From Iphione sp. A-MEVVRFRX5 (taxonomy: Eukaryota): a DNA stretch of 64,000 nucleotides. How positions within the stretch are numbered: position 1 is the stretch's first letter; the number at the start of each line of letters is the position of its first letter. The notes under the pieces were generated by a model. That model worked only from the letters and a program-made list of their open reading frames with translations, was not told where the DNA came from and searched no databases. Where the stretch lies: positions 57,970,001 to 58,034,000 of the forward strand of contig OZ320313.1 in the NCBI GenBank assembly GCA_976226885.1, given 5' to 3'. Below are positions 1 through 14,519 of the stretch, one piece after another. A program made the position numbers and the translations under genes.

Positions 1-2029
1 TATTGCAAACTGGTTTTATGTAAGCTTAGTTTACATGAACACATTTTTAGTTTTTCGTTGCTAAAGTAATCGACCTATCGTCTGTAAGCGGGATTTTCTA
101 ACGAATCTTCAAAGAACCTGACCACGAACGGCCCATATATCAAGATGTGTAATCTTCACAGGCACTGTGGGATAAAAATGTGGCTGTCAACGGTGGGAGT
201 CTTTTGCGCACTGTATCACGCTGGTTTATCTCAACGGTTTAAAGAGTTGTCATGAGGCAGTAGCGGCAGAATGTGCTATAACCTAATTAGGAATTCCATC
301 CCCTTAGTCATCTCGGCTGGGCCTCAACTGTTAGAACCTCCAGCGCATGTCTCGCACTTCTCACTTCCTGTAGCGCTGAAATCGTCACTGCTGCCGTCTA
401 GCGGTCCACGGAGACCAATTGGGCAGGACGCTGTTGAATCTCCGCCATCAAAAACTAGTTACTGCAACAAGCGTCCAAGTAACGCGATTACCGCGTCGTG
501 TATGATCAATCACCGGAGAAGCACCACTCTAATGACTAGACAAGGACACATAACTGGCCATGGATTGGAGCCCAGGCACCTCCGTCACTCAGCTTATTTC
601 CGCGCGGTCTAGCAGCGAAGAGGGAGAATTAGCCTTGTTCCTTGTACAGCTGAAATAGTGCGTGATAACGGCAGGCAAAGAAACGGTTGGGGTAGTTTTG
701 AGAAGGGATTTCCCTGTGAAGGAGTTCTGCTTTTGGATAGGTTCGAAACACGAAGTGGATGCAATCATCCACACATATTATCTACACATGTGTACCTCTA
801 AACAACAACCGACCCCAGACAAAAAAAGGAAAAGAAAAAAAACAAACCAATAATATATTTATCGGTGAACGTGACCTCATCTGTAAATGAGATCAATAAT
901 CAATGGAGATGTCTCCCAGTCGCAGCCGCAGCTCGAGAGATGCATTGAGTGCTTGTCAACGGATGACAAACTTTTTGTTATCTAAATTGCGTGAACTCTG
1001 TTCATAATTAATTCGTGTCTCTGTGACTGACTGGGCGAAATCACCTCTAAATTATGACCGTGTCGTCGTCGAAAACGGTAAAAACCGCCGGAGGAGTTTC
1101 ATTGAAGAGATTTATTTTTCTGTCAAGAACTTGGAATCCATGTAGCGAAAGCTGCAGAAAGGGAACCACGAATTAAAAACTGCAGCACACATTATGGATG
1201 GTTATAATGGAGGTCTAATTTTACACTAATAATGACTTTCCAACAGGCCTACCGGTGGATTGTAGCTACTGTTTAGGCGTCTCTGCGGGGGTGGAGGGGG
1301 CGCTGCAAGCGTTCGTCCATTTGTACTGGCTCTTTTCACTGTCGTCTCGCCCTGCAAGAGAATAGAGAATAGGATCAAGGCGGGGCTTTATTGTTTCGAG
1401 TTTGCTTGTTGCACTGCAAATATGTGTAAAGCAGCTCCTGTCCTTCCCCCTCAGCCCCCGCACGTCGGTGGAAAGCATGCCTAAATTCGAAACGCCTGCA
1501 ATGTGAAGGGGCGGGCTAGATGTAAATAATAGATCATTCTCTTCCATTCATTAGTCATACCTAGACATTCATTATGTCACAGAAGTGTAGTTCCTTTTAT
1601 GGGCATAACAGCTGGAAAAATAAGTCATCTCGTCCCCGATTTACCGCCTAATCTGTCAGAGAGGAAATATACTGTGGGCGCTTTTCAATACATCACCACC
1701 CGTTATCATCTGAACACAAAGATGACGACGGCATAGACAATTTCGGTGAGAAAAAGGAGCTCCCAGCTGACAGATCCTATCAGAGTGGCCTGTCAGATTC
1801 AAGATGGCGCTCATCACACGGGGGACTATGATGCTGATGGTATGGAGTGAGTGTGGGAGAGGAGTTGGAGAATGGCGGGGTTTGGGGGCGGAGGGCCAGA
1901 ACGTTTGCTGGATTTCGGCAGGACACTTGGCGACCTGTCGTCGGTGCAAGGGGTGGGAGCGCCAATATTGGATGCACTATATATTAACCCAGCGATGGCC
2001 AATCACCCTCTTCCGTTGCGTCTTGCATT

Positions 2030-2215
2030 AATCATTTCCTGGGATGGATACCCCAGACACCTCCGTCAGATGGTCTGTCCGATTGTCACTATCCCCAAAA
2101 GTAACCTCTCTGTGAAACTCATTGCTTCCAAGACAGCAGGTCAGCAGTAGTGTCGGCGATATAAGGATGGTTGATAGGGCCTCATTTCCAGCCACGTTCA
2201 AAGACATTGACTGCA
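2030..2215 (+). mobile_element. Degenerate DIRS-type tyrosine recombinase fragment (central part)
   Basis: DGYPRHLRQ..NLSVKLIASKTAGQQ, then in a shifted frame GPHFQPRSKTLT; compare FDP..HL..L.V.LK.SKTDQ and GPLF....PLT. Confidence 0.45.
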
Positions 2216-5200
2216 TGAAATGGGATTGGAGGTGCATTTTTACAACTAGACCGATGAAGAGACTGGCACAGAATGTTAGCTGAGCAAGTAGACGTAACAT
2301 TTAACAAATATTGATAGAGATCGCAGACAGAGAAACGGAATACTCACGCAGGCGGGGACAGCAGCGAGAGATAAGGAGCGTGCTAATGTTAATAGGTGGT
2401 GGTGGGTAACATGATGAATGTCTTATTTTTAATACAAATATTAGACCATAGGTAGTGAGGTATCGGATTAAGATATTGGTATAGGGGAGGGCTGACAGGT
2501 AGAAATATCACGTTAATACGTACTGGACAGTATCAGGAAAGACAGAGGCATGAAATATTTATTTAGATGATTAGATTAGATTTAGATTCAGTAGATTAAG
2601 GGAGAGGGATACGTTAGTCACAAAAAAGAGTCAGAAGATTAAAGTAACGAATTATCAATATAGAAAGGATGTAGGAGTTAACGGAGGGGATATCTGTAGG
2701 TAAGGCAAGTAGGTAGATATCGGTTTATTCCATGCCCGTGTTATGGACACTGTTGAAATACTGTCGCCTATGAGTCAACACGGTTGTTCAATTCCTATGC
2801 GTGTTCAAGATTATATACTGTCGGTCCAGGAACTATACCTATCTAAAGAGGACAGGGTGTATCTGGTGTACAATAACTGGGCAAGTATATACATGTAACT
2901 GCAAAACACTGTGGTAGACAATGTGATACGAGCATGGGGGACACACAGACCTTGGAACTGGATTGCATCCAAATTTGATGAGATTAAACACAATACACAA
3001 AACTATCTCACATCCAGGATAGGATTGCAGCCCAATATGATGGGATCAAAGACAACACAAACAAAACATCTCATAACCATCCCTTCCAGTGAAGAACGCC
3101 TCAAAGGATTTCAGGAGGTAACCTTACGTGTATTGACAACAAACATTGTCACAAAGTAAACCAAACGCTCAATCGCTCACAGGAGAGGAACTATTCTGAC
3201 GTATCAGCAGAATTGTTTCTATTCTTGACATTAGGCCGACAGAAAAGAGGGAGTCATGGTGAGATTTATGTTGACTGCAAATGTACAATCTTCATAGTTC
3301 TCATCATTGACTTAATATTTCTCTTAACGTGAGTCTTCCATAAGAAGGCAATCCGAAGAGACTATTATATAAATCCAGAAAGGAAAACAAGAAGGGAACG
3401 ACGACTGCATTTCAACCGTAGTGTATACCAAAGGGAGGGCTACAAAGGCTCTCCTGAATACGTGGGAAGTGTACCCTGGGATTAGCTACCTCCCCAAATG
3501 TGAACAATTATCATTTTATGAATTTTAGAAGGTTGCAAAGGCCTACCTAAATGGCCATTTATCATTATGACTGTCAGCAGGCGTCGTCTACTGACTCGAA
3601 TGGTATTAACTTACACCATGCAGGCGTGTCTGCCTGGAGACAACAAGCAAAGTCACATAAGCAATCAAATAACTTGGTGAAAATTTGTCTATTGACTTGC
3701 ATGGTAATACAATTAAAGCCAAGCTGGGATCGTCTGCCGGGGGACAATACATGAAGTCTTATAAATATAAAATTAAGCTGAAATTCGTTGATCAAATATT
3801 ATCACTTAACCGCTATGAAATTGAATAGAAATTGATATTGTCAAAACATTTCTTATCAGCTGTATATAACCATTACCATCGCATCCCATATGAGGTTTCA
3901 ATTGGCAAAGGTAAAGTTAAAAAATCCTGGATGTAAATACTGCAATGCGTAATCTGTTTAGGTTAAATACAGCTATATAAAAAAATAAGGAAATAAAATT
4001 ACAGCCCATGTTTTTCCCGGCTAGGGGAGTGGGGGAGTTGGGAGAACACCACAGGATAGAGATTACAAAGGGCCTGATTCTTCCCGTTACAACCTACGAT
4101 GGTACGTGTGACAAACCAAGCAATCCTATGTACTTGACGAAGCCTAATTTGTAGAACCACTATAAAAGCCCGCTATTGAAATATGTATAAACAGATCTTT
4201 TCGTATCTGGGACATTCACAAGATATATCATATAAACGAGCCTACTGGGACAATATTGGATGATTGTATCTGTATTCGCTCTGGCTGTATTCTTAGCCAG
4301 GAAAAACAAAAGTATAAAGAAAATCACTTTAGGATAGAGGTGAATTATGGGTAACGCATATATCACAGAGAAAAATGATCTCAAGGAGGGAGCCTCTTTT
4401 CTGCAGCCCAGTATTTCCAGTTAGGGGACATGGTGTAGTAGGCATGTTCATGAGTTAGGAGCGCCCAATATCAGAGCTTGTGGTGTGACCCGCGCAGCAC
4501 AATGGACTGGTCTCGTCAGCCTAAACCTGGCTTGTTGGAGAAAAATATAACCCCAGTAAAAAAGAGAAATCTGGCCTATTCTCTGATTTTGGTGCTGTGC
4601 TAATTCTGTCGGCATTATAAGAACCTTACCATTCTGATTTAATATCACACGATAAAGGTTTCTAAATGTACACTACTCCTTTGCGAGCCAAATATTATTT
4701 TGTCAATTCAGAAGGTTTTGCTTGGTTATCAATATTGATGTGACGAATTCATAGTGCGATCTAGCTTAATTTCCATGTATCAGTGTTTTCTCTATTTTTG
4801 TGTTTTCCTATGCGTTCCTGTATTTTCTGACATAGATACTCATTAACCAGGGTGCCTCTATATACCAGTACATTCAGATTTAAATTACAGACGGTGTTCA
4901 GATTGGAACATGCTCCATTTTTCACAGTGCACATGAAGAGGGATACAAATACACAGGTAAGGTGTATACATGCACAAATGGCACAAAGTATTTAAATCCT
5001 AACATCTTTTTTATCAAAGCGTATGTAAACTATATATTTCAAACAAAAATGCAGAAAAAAATGTACGTACACACTGATATACATCTGTCCACCTTTTCCC
5101 CTAATCTGTGTAGAAAGAGGACAGACAAGGAGTACACATGCACATACATGTACATGGAAATTAAGCGATGGTCTATTTAGTGGAAGTTAAAATTACCCGT

Positions 5201-6870
5201 CTACTCACAATAAAGGGAGCAGCACAAGAATGGGATACTTGCAAGTATGGAAAACGATCTCCTTTAATTGTAGAAAGAAACTTGGAGCCTCAGCTCTTAG
5301 CTTGACTATCTACTATTTTCAAGCCTGCTCAAGGCGAAGTGTGTGTGCAGTGTTAGCTCACCAGCTGACACAGCTGAGCCTGGGAAGGTCCCTCTAGGAG
5401 ATACCTGTCTCCCCTGTTCCTCCACACAGTGTGAGGTAATACAACTATCGGTCCTGCCTCAGTAGCTGGGATGGGGACTCTGGTATATTACTTATTATCC
5501 CAGCATACATACCTTCTGCTTACCCAGTGAATTATTTCGTATTCTGAGTTTGCAGTTTCCGATTCTTCAGTGCACAACCAACTTTAAAGGAAGACAGTCA
5601 GAGGGACTGACAAACATGCAACGAAAATCGTTAGTAGAGTACGTTGAGCATTATGGTAGCCTCTGGAGCGTTTTCTAAATAGTACTTTAAAGTTGTTGTT
5701 AATTGAACTTCAGGCATGCAGTCAAAAGAAACCTGATCCACTATTCTTAACATACATGTAGTACATAATTCCACAATGTAGAGTGTCGATGCTGAAATAT
5801 GACCTCCTATTTGAAGGTATCTAGCAACTTCTTCTCTATATGATATATCACAACATGATGAGTCAGTTGTCAATAGATACGTGGAAATGAGGTGGCACAA
5901 CAGTATATCTTCTTGTTATATGAGTGTATATTCAGTATAGTGATGCAATTGTTTCTTCGTTCGAGTTTTTTTACTCATGTCTGGTTAGTTTCAAATCACC
6001 TTTGAAGCTTTTCGTTTGGTATTTATCGGAGGTCAAAAGAGTCAACTGGTGTTTTACCATGTACTCCATGGCAACAGTCAAAAGATGAGAAGATAAAAGA
6101 AAATGGTTGACAAAGGGTGCAATTAGAGAAAAACTTCGGGATGAAAGTTTAATATAATTACACGTTATATTGGCATCATTTTTCGATTAATAAAAGTATT
6201 AAGTGTTGTTGATAATGAAACCCCATCTTAACGTCCAGTTGTTTTTCATGACATACGTATGAAAGAATTAGACATTCTGTTTCCATAAATGAGACTAGTT
6301 AAACATGTGCTTGTTTATGAAAATCTACATTGCATTTTGAATCTATCCATGAGACAAAACAGTCCTAATTTGACACGAGCCTTCCTGAAATGTCAGGCGT
6401 TTTCGGAGTATGGTATTTTCTCGAATGCAATTCTCATTAACGAAGTTCGCCTAAATTTCCCTAAAGATTCGGGTGGAAAGCGATAACCTGCCTAGGAGGG
6501 ATCCACATAGATGCAACTGGACGATCCGCCTGCTGCAACTTGACACGCATCGGGCGTTTTAATAAGCGCAGGACCTCCAGTGCCCGTTCATTAGGTTACG
6601 AAGCATCCTTTGTGCTCCCTTTCATGTTGGTCATCCTGTATTACATATATGCTTCTTATAAAAGCTATAAACTTCTAAACTGTTCATGCTAACACGTCAC
6701 AAGTTAAATTATCGTTGCATCATGGTACGGGTTTACAAAGTGACTTACTTATTATATTTCAAAACTGTTCAGTACACCTCCATGAAATGTTACACTGCAT
6801 ATCTCTTGTGGAAGAGAAGGCTGGCTACCCTGTGGGAGTGGGGGCTGTACTCTGTGACCTGCTGGAAGCA

Positions 6871-7000
6871 GGGGCCTAACCGATATTGTTAGGGACCCAA
6901 CCAGTTATGTAGGAGCCCAAGCAGTTTTAGTAAGGGGCCTATGAGGCCCAATCAACTGGTACGGGGACCCAACCATTATTGCATAGGGACCCAGATAATG
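6871..7000. repeat. Degenerate minisatellite, ~20-23-nt unit GG(G/A)(G/A)CCCAACCA-N-TT-N-TGTA, about 6 copies
   Basis: ggggcctaaccgatattgtta / gggacccaaccagttatgta / ggagcccaagcagttttagtaa / ... / ggggacccaaccattattgcata / gggacccagataat. Confidence 0.7.
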
Positions 7001-10000
7001 TACTTGATGTCCCCAGGTTTGATTGACAGATGAAACAGACACGAGTTATGTTGTATCAACTTTGTTTCATTTTTGGATACATTGATCTGGTCACATGACA
7101 TGTGTATCTGTTATAAATATGGATCCTGTGTGGCCAATAAACCAGTCTGCACTTGGAACTACATTGTGGAACTTGTCTCTCTGGGAATGCTAAGGAACCA
7201 TTTACTCCTTTTTATATATCTTTATTTTCTCTGGATTGAATATACATAATTGTATGTAAGTCCAGTAAACCTTTTCGTTGAATCGACTTGGAGCTACGAT
7301 TAAGGGATTAAGTAGGATAACCAATTGGATTAACTGGAGGAATACTAAGCCAGGAATAGCAGCACCATAGTTGGATTATTTCCAAGTAGAGCGACAACAC
7401 ACATTAAATTACACTTTGCTATGTTTAGGGCCAATTTCTGAGTCACATGTCTCCGTGTGTTTGCGAAACACTGAGAGAGGTGCTTCAATGGACACATTTG
7501 TTTACTACGTGGAAGATACAACCAATGTACGTATGAAAAGAATAATTTCTGCAAATATTTCTGAGTCTTAATAGTATCAGCATAAACTGTGCCTTTTGGT
7601 GCAAATACCTTCAAAACTGAGCAGAATATGTAATCTCTGTAACACACTCATACCTACACCTGATTTGTACATTGATGTGCTCTCTATTCCCTCTTTTCAG
7701 ATAAATACTTCTATGCTGAAAACAGATGTTTCATCCATGAAAGGTGACACAGTTTACATTCCTTTTGCATGTCGAATACATTGAAAGAAGGCTGGTGTTC
7801 CTATTTGATTTCAATTACAGCACAATCTCACGTAAGCGACAACACTTGGTTCCTAGTTCATGTATCCCATTTAGGGGTAGGTCCCGTTTTGAATTTGACT
7901 CCATTTCAAGCTTTTCATAACAACTTCTTTGATACAGTCACATCTTCAGTCACACCTTTGAACAGAACCTCCCAAATGCAGTCACCTGAGTCCATATTCA
8001 ATATAGTCCATTAGGTTTACAACTGCATTGGCCTGATATATGAGATAAAGATGCATTGCAACGAGATAAGCTATGCTAAAATCTTAGGCAAAAGAAAAGA
8101 TGCACGTTACCAGGAAGCGAAGCTGAAAAAATTAATTGGCTTAAATTTAATTGCTTGTTCAGAAGGTTTTGAGTGTTACAATTTTTGTCCTTCATTTCTT
8201 CGGTTCAGAATTTCTTAAGGCTGATTCTAATAAGTGTCTGAATATCAGCATTAAAAGCGTCTCTTGGCCCGATATCAACATAACTACGGGACGTATATGT
8301 AATGCTGCAAGTTGAAAGTCTGTAGTACTTTTGTTTTTGTTACTGCAGCCTATACTTCGGTTTCATAGCAACGTATTTGATCCTCTGAACTTCTAATCAT
8401 GCAGCTGAATCATGAGTATAGATCTATCATCTGTAGAAATATAAGACTAAGAAACTGTTGAAGCAGACTACATTAGACACTTGACAGGAACGATTTTTAC
8501 GTCTTTTCATCCGCTACAAATTCTTGATAGAGGTGGTGAGGAGTGCTAATATCCCATCAACTTGTTTCACTACTGAAAAGCAACTCGCCACATATACATG
8601 AAATAGGCATGGTAACTATGGATTGGTCAAATACGATAAAGGGAATGTTTTTGCTTTGTTCATTGGGTGCTTATTCAATTACTGCTGATGAGTAGACATA
8701 ATATAGAACCCAATACATGTACAGTTGTGTATTTACCAAAAGAAAATTACTTTTTTTTCAGATTCGATCTCGAAGTCTGCGATCTCAGCGCTCTTTCATC
8801 AGCAATAAGGATTCTATGCTACGATGTCGTGAAACAAGCATCTAGGTTGAATCATTGTAATCCGATTCAGGTTGCAGTTCCATATTTATACCAGCATGAG
8901 GAGAGCTGCGGAGAGCAGTTGTTCCCCGGAGGATGTGTGCTCTGTCAATCAGTTCTGTTCCTCATAGCCAATGCAAATACCTGCACGCCGTTGAAATATT
9001 GCCAATTATGCATAATGCCACGCGTGAATAGCCGCCTGGTAATCCAGCCAAGTATAGGATGGGACTTGAGGGAGCTGCTGCTGATAGATTCTGCCAACAC
9101 TTTATTAGCCTGGGTATTCGGCAATAAGGCTACTCCCGCCCCGGAATGTGGAGTTATTGGTGACATAGGTGTCGTAATATGTGCCTTTCACATCTACCAC
9201 AGGAGCAAACACAGCATGCAGCTACCTCTCTGGAATAATCAGGCTAATTACGAAACGCCGGCTTACCCATTGATTCAGAGGCTAGCACACGTCCTAGGAT
9301 TACAGTCTATTGTCTCCAATGTGGCGAAAATGGGTTAAAGGTTGCGTTAGCTTTGTGCGCGATATGAACTGCTCACAGCAAAAGTTTCTATGCATATAGG
9401 GCTACCATGTAACAAGCAATCTCGATGTAACTCATGCTTTAACAAATTGGTAGGACAGCTGCAACGGCATTTCTGCCATGTCAGAGAAGCTGACGCTCCA
9501 CTATAGCCTAGTACAACTAATTTTATGTATATGATAATAGTCTAAACGTTACGTTTTCCGTATCACAAAGTGCACTACATTACCGCTTAACTGCTACACT
9601 CCAGCTCTATAAGTATATCCCCTTAAAACGATCGCCATCTGACTTTTACTGGTTGCGCCGAGACTGTAAGAAGGCAGTGGACCCACATGGAAACGAGAAT
9701 AAGGGAGGGTTAAGCTCAGAGCAAGTATACGCACTCAATGTCGCGCAGTGCACGCGCGATATAGGATTCCGGAATGCGCGTGGCAATCTTTCGGTCGACC
9801 GACGAAGAAGTCGGCCATTGACAATGCATGTCGCCGCGAGGCCAGAGGGGCGAGCGGAAAGGCGACCAGCCCGACCGCCGCTTGTCGATGCAGGGCAGAC
9901 AGGGGATCCACATTAAGGGGAACACACCAATGTGTGTGAACCGAACCGGCCTGAGCAGGAGACAACGTCAGCCGAGCCGTGCTTCCTTGAGCACGATGGA

Positions 10001-10344
10001 AGGGAAAAGATGGGCCGAGCAACAGAGAGCAAAAGTGGATGACAACAAGGCGAGAAGGGGCGGGGATATACATGCAAACCGGGATTGGAATAATCATCAA
10101 CAGGGATGACTAAAAAGGTGGTTTAATTTATGAAGGATAGTATTGGACTCCGTGAAACTATCACATAATATCCAGGGCATTAAAGAGGAACTCTATGTCT
10201 GTATACAAATAACGACGGTTTTGATAAGAAATAATTCATATGTTTACATACATACACATGTCTAATGTGCCCCAAATATTAATGTAAAAATAGGATGTAT
10301 GAGAAGACGGCCCCTATCATTTATGATCCATGCACGGCCGCGCG

Positions 10345-10410
10345 ATCCCAGCCCAGGGTCAAGCACGCCCTTTTAAGGGCCGGTGTGACTGGCTCCAGGC
10401 CTGTCAGTTC
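10345..10410 (+). pseudogene. Weak tRNA-Lys(UUU)-like relic
   Basis: GCCC-TTTTAA-GGGC hairpin containing the CTTTTAA anticodon-loop string; the A and B boxes are badly degraded. Confidence 0.2.
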
Positions 10411-11359
10411 TCGTTTGTAGCACCGCCGAGTAAGGAAAAACGACACCTTGCGGAAAATGGGAACAATCTGCAATATGCCACACGATGATATAAATGAATG
10501 TCGCTGTCTGCCTAAGCTCAGGACAACGCACAGTGGGAGGCTTACATCAAACAAAGCAATCGCTGATTGCCGACAGCCTTCTAAGAGGGAAGAGCTGACA
10601 TATTGTATGCGAATGGCGATGTCTATCTTACCACCTGCTTATCAGCATAGAAGAGAGCTGAAGCACCTCCCCCCCCCCAAAAGCTGCACGTTTTGATCTG
10701 CATCCCTCAATCTGCTATTCTTTATGTGCTGCCGGAGGGCATGATTATCTATTGTATACGTTTCAAGAGACAGCGTCAACTTTCGAGGAGAGTTTTATCG
10801 GCGGAGACCCTGTAGAGAATTCCCAAGAATCATCTCGTTGTAAGAATGCGTTCCTTTTGAATATGCAATAGAGCACAATGGGGAAATATGCAATCGACAT
10901 TCATCGTTGCCTCCATGAGCCAGGAATCAATCATTTCATAGGTATGATTAAACTAGAAAGGAGTCCATATAGAATTCACGATTCATTCAAAACTACTTCT
11001 ACAAATATAAACATAAAAGGAGTGTACAAGTTCCCACCCAGAGAAATTTGTCGCTCACTGCATAAGGTACTTACTTATATGATTATTGTTTGTCTTCACC
11101 TATCATAATTCACGCAACCGAACCCCAAGTAACAACTGCAAATATAGACTACATGGAGGAATTCGGTTTTCTTCACTATGCAACGCAAAGTTATCAATGG
11201 TTTCAGTGAGAAACAAACGCTCTCTCACATCAACATGCATTGCTCAATCCCTGGTGGGACTGAGGACCCTTATACAACAATTGGCTCTCAATTCGAAGGC
11301 AGTCGCTCAGCCGGCCGCACTCAACTTGGAAGTGCTGGTAACTGGACGACAATGCGGTT

Positions 11360-11475
11360 TATTGGCCTAGAAACAAGTGACTACTGGCCACACTTAGGCA
11401 AATTGCAGTTGGCCCCAGAAGGAAGTCGTCCCTCTCAGGCATGGCGGTCACATATATGGCGGGCGGTTAGGGCGT
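11360..11475 (+). mobile_element. Possible tyrosine recombinase C-terminal relic
   Basis: GLETSDYWPH..AWRSHIWRAVR resembles GLD...Y..HS..GRW.S..Y..Y.R. Confidence 0.25.
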
Positions 11476-11944
11476 CGGATATAAGAACGGATGCAAAACG
11501 ATGGAGGTTCCGAGTAGGCTGTGTGTGAAGCATTCGTACTCACAGAATACAGGGTTTGATATTGACGTTTTGATGGCTCAGAATGACAGAAATGTTGGCC
11601 ACTGATTGGTGAAAGCTGTAGACTTGCAGTAGTTTTCGCACTACTGTCGGTCATCGGAGAAGGGCAATCACTTACAGAAATAGAGAGAGGTAAAGCAAGG
11701 CACAATTCAATTTATTCTGGAGTTTCCCCCACTAGATCTCTCTTTAAGATGGTTTACTATTGTATAACTCAATCCAAACTCTCAGTGCCGCTGGTACAAA
11801 TAGCACTTTGCAAAATAGATCCAATCAGAGATCAAAAGAAATCTCTTATTGCTCTGAGTGTCAGCAAAGAAGTATGGATTAGGTGTTGCATTTTAATATG
11901 CATGGCATCTAGATCTGATGCTACGTCTGATACTTGATGAATCA

Positions 11945-12325
11945 AAGAGAAACCGTAGAGATAAAGTGAGAAAAACAGAGAGGGGGGAGGAGTTCCGTCC
12001 GTTGTATTATATATATAATATTATAATTCAGAAAATCCAGAAAGACAGATAGAAGACGAATGAGAGAAAGATATTTAAGGGAGAGTGTGAGAAAAAAAGG
12101 AGAGACGGATGAAACAGTATGGAACCCTAGAGAGGTGGGAAGAGCAATGTACAGCACAAAGATATGTTTGTCGTAATGAATAGAGAGGGGGGAAGGGGAG
12201 AGATAGAGACAGGTAGAGAATGTGGACAGAGGGACAAGAGAAAAGTAAGGAACGGGAGAAAATGAATGGGAAAAGAAGATAGAGAAGGAAAGAGAGGGAG
12301 ACAGAGAGGGAGGAGAATAAACCAT
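11945..12325. repeat. Purine-rich (GA-rich) low-complexity tract
   Basis: Dense gaga/gaaa/gggag content with few pyrimidines; similar but weaker tract at about 2310-2720. Confidence 0.75.
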
Positions 12326-12870
12326 TTTAGACAGGCATTTTCAGAATCGCAGGATTGATTAGCCAAATTCAAAAGTGTCAGTTCTTTTACGCTGCTATCA
12401 ATCCAAAACATCTCTCATGTCCTCCTTAGGCTAATCGACGATACAGCTAATGATGAAAGAAACGTATACATAATGAAAGGGTCTATCGGGCAAAAGGGAC
12501 ACCTACTGGCAGTATAAATAAAATGTCTGGAAGACCATAGAAAAAGAGCCCTTTAATATTCCATTGAAAGTGATTGGTAGTATTCATACGTTCACAAACC
12601 TCCGCCCCTTAAAGTGACAGAAGATGCGACAAGCTTTACCAGAGAGGTTCAACCACTTATACCACCTCACCGCCATCGACGGCAAATGGTTGAAACTAAA
12701 GTGGAGAGAACGCAACCTGAGGGCTTGTAGGAAAAGGTCCTATGAAGAGAGGCACGAGAAGGGTTGGGTGGCTGTTACGGACATCAGGTGGGAGGGGGAA
12801 GTCTGTTAGCAGCGTCTCGTCGCCAGGAGCGCTGGGGTTGACAGGGGCGGCCAAGAGGTCCATTACTCTA

Positions 12871-12980
12871 ACAGGTCACTGTCACTCCTCTAATCTCTGA
12901 ATGGGGGCAGTCGGGCCGCGAAAGCTCTCAATGACGTGCCAGACGTGTTTGGAAACTTAGCTATTTGAAGGAAACTTTGA
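12871..12980 (+). mobile_element. Possible tyrosine recombinase C-terminal relic
   Basis: TGHCHS..MGA followed in another frame by RVWKLSYLK (cf. GHSFRIGA..GRWKS.AY). Confidence 0.2.
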
Positions 12981-13503
12981 GAGCCGCAAGTTAAGCCTCG
13001 ACTATTTATACAGAAGGGAGATGCATAGAAAATAGAGGGGACGGCAAAGAAATCAGTCTGCCCTCGTTTAAAAAAAGATATTAGGACCATTTGAGCGTCC
13101 TGGACTGACAGCTAGAAAGGCTTTATGGTAATTGCTTTATCTTAAGACACGGATAATTTGTGATTGTTGTAATCCTAGTAGCAAAACATCGGACGAAGTC
13201 TGAAAACGCATATTCGTGAAAATTGAGGGCACGATTTTCAGGGGAGAGACATAGTCTGTCACTGGTTACATTATACCAATTAATTCTATTACTTGCTAAA
13301 TTAATCTCATCCTACAGTAAAGAAACTCCCTGTAGATTTCATTTCCTTTCTAAGATCAATTATAAACAGTTTTTCGTCTAGAAAAATAAACACAAATAAC
13401 CTAAAATAGAGAGGCATAACAAACAAAGAGAAAGAAAGAAAGAAAGGGACATAACCAAAGGAAGAGACGTCAAAAGAGGTTTTGGGTGAGAGGCCGTTTT
13501 CTG

Positions 13504-13554
13504 ATTGGATGGTCATGTCACGTGATTGGCGGTCTCACGCCATAACCTCATTGG
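13504..13554. promoter_or_regulatory. Cluster of three CCAAT boxes (ATTGG) with an abutting E-box
   Basis: ATTGG at 13504, 13525 and 13550; CACGTG at 13519-13524 (gtcacgtgattgg), at the edge of a CpG-rich segment. Confidence 0.3.
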
Positions 13555-14519
13555 ACACTCGGCGGAAGGAGGACGTGTCAGGAGAATAAGGCCGGCCTTG
13601 GCGGTTGATTGTAGATCACTCGTTTTCTTCATTCCAGCCACATTGTATCGCTACCACCGGGGAGGATTGTTGCACGGCCCTGGCGGGTACTTGCTGGCCG
13701 AATCAGCGCCTTTGGTGCCTTCACCGATGCCGCCCACGATCAAAAGAGCGCCTTCCGAGTGGACCCCGCATGGGGCGCTTGGCATGGAGAATCAAGACTC
13801 CCAGCTTCCCAAGTGAGGAGGCACGCAGTTCACTGGGGTCACCTCTACGGCGAGGGGGACTTGTGGGGACGACGGCATATACAGAAGTCTGTTCACTCCG
13901 AAAGAGGCTTTTGTGTCGACAATGTTCGCACATACCAGTGGGGGCTAACAATGGATATCAAAACAATTCACACTGTATTATTTATAAGAGGGAGATCCAA
14001 TACTTGGTATATGGTCAAATAAGTTACTTCTTCTCTCCGCAAGAAAACAGAGTTATCAGATACATTGACTCACAAAGATGAATTTCAAAACGGTATGTTT
14101 ACAGTACCCATACATACATCAAATGCAAATATAAGTATACTATAGTTTCCTTCTTTCGTTCCTTACATATTACTTTATTAGCATAGTAGACGAGACTGAC
14201 AGAGTATCAAGTTGAACGTTATTTCTTCTCTTGGTTTTGAATGACCTTCGCAATGGTATTAGAACATTCAAGCGGACGCATGGATCCTTTCAAGTGGAAT
14301 GTACATATTCATGTCAGAACTGCTTTGACGACATTCGATAGTGTTGTAATTTCTACCCCCTCCTACAATACTAAGTTTTCATCAAACGACGCACACCCAT
14401 TCAACACATAAAGTAACGCTGAAGTACACAAGGATTGGTTGGGGTGAATCAGGGCCAGACCAGGGACTAGGGTTTGAGTAATGAGTAGCGCTCTGTCACT
14501 ACTGAAGGGCTTCTTTCTC

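Noticed and set aside
520-612. GHITGHGLEPRHLRHS resembling the tyrosine recombinase HxLRH box
   Set aside because: Spacing is wrong and no upstream motifs support it.
2880-4600. L1/Tx1-like C-terminal strings (WNWIASKF, WEVY..FYEF, KPNL.NHY, LGAPNI)
   Set aside because: Short, interrupted and out of canonical order, so they are not supportable without a search.
6871-7000. Repeat-spacer pattern considered as a CRISPR array
   Set aside because: Units are too short and variable, there are no unique spacers or cas genes, and the context is eukaryotic.
8667-9338. Longest non-TE ORF (223 aa, + strand)
   Set aside because: GTG start, no recognisable domain and no convincing splice context; compatible with a chance open frame.
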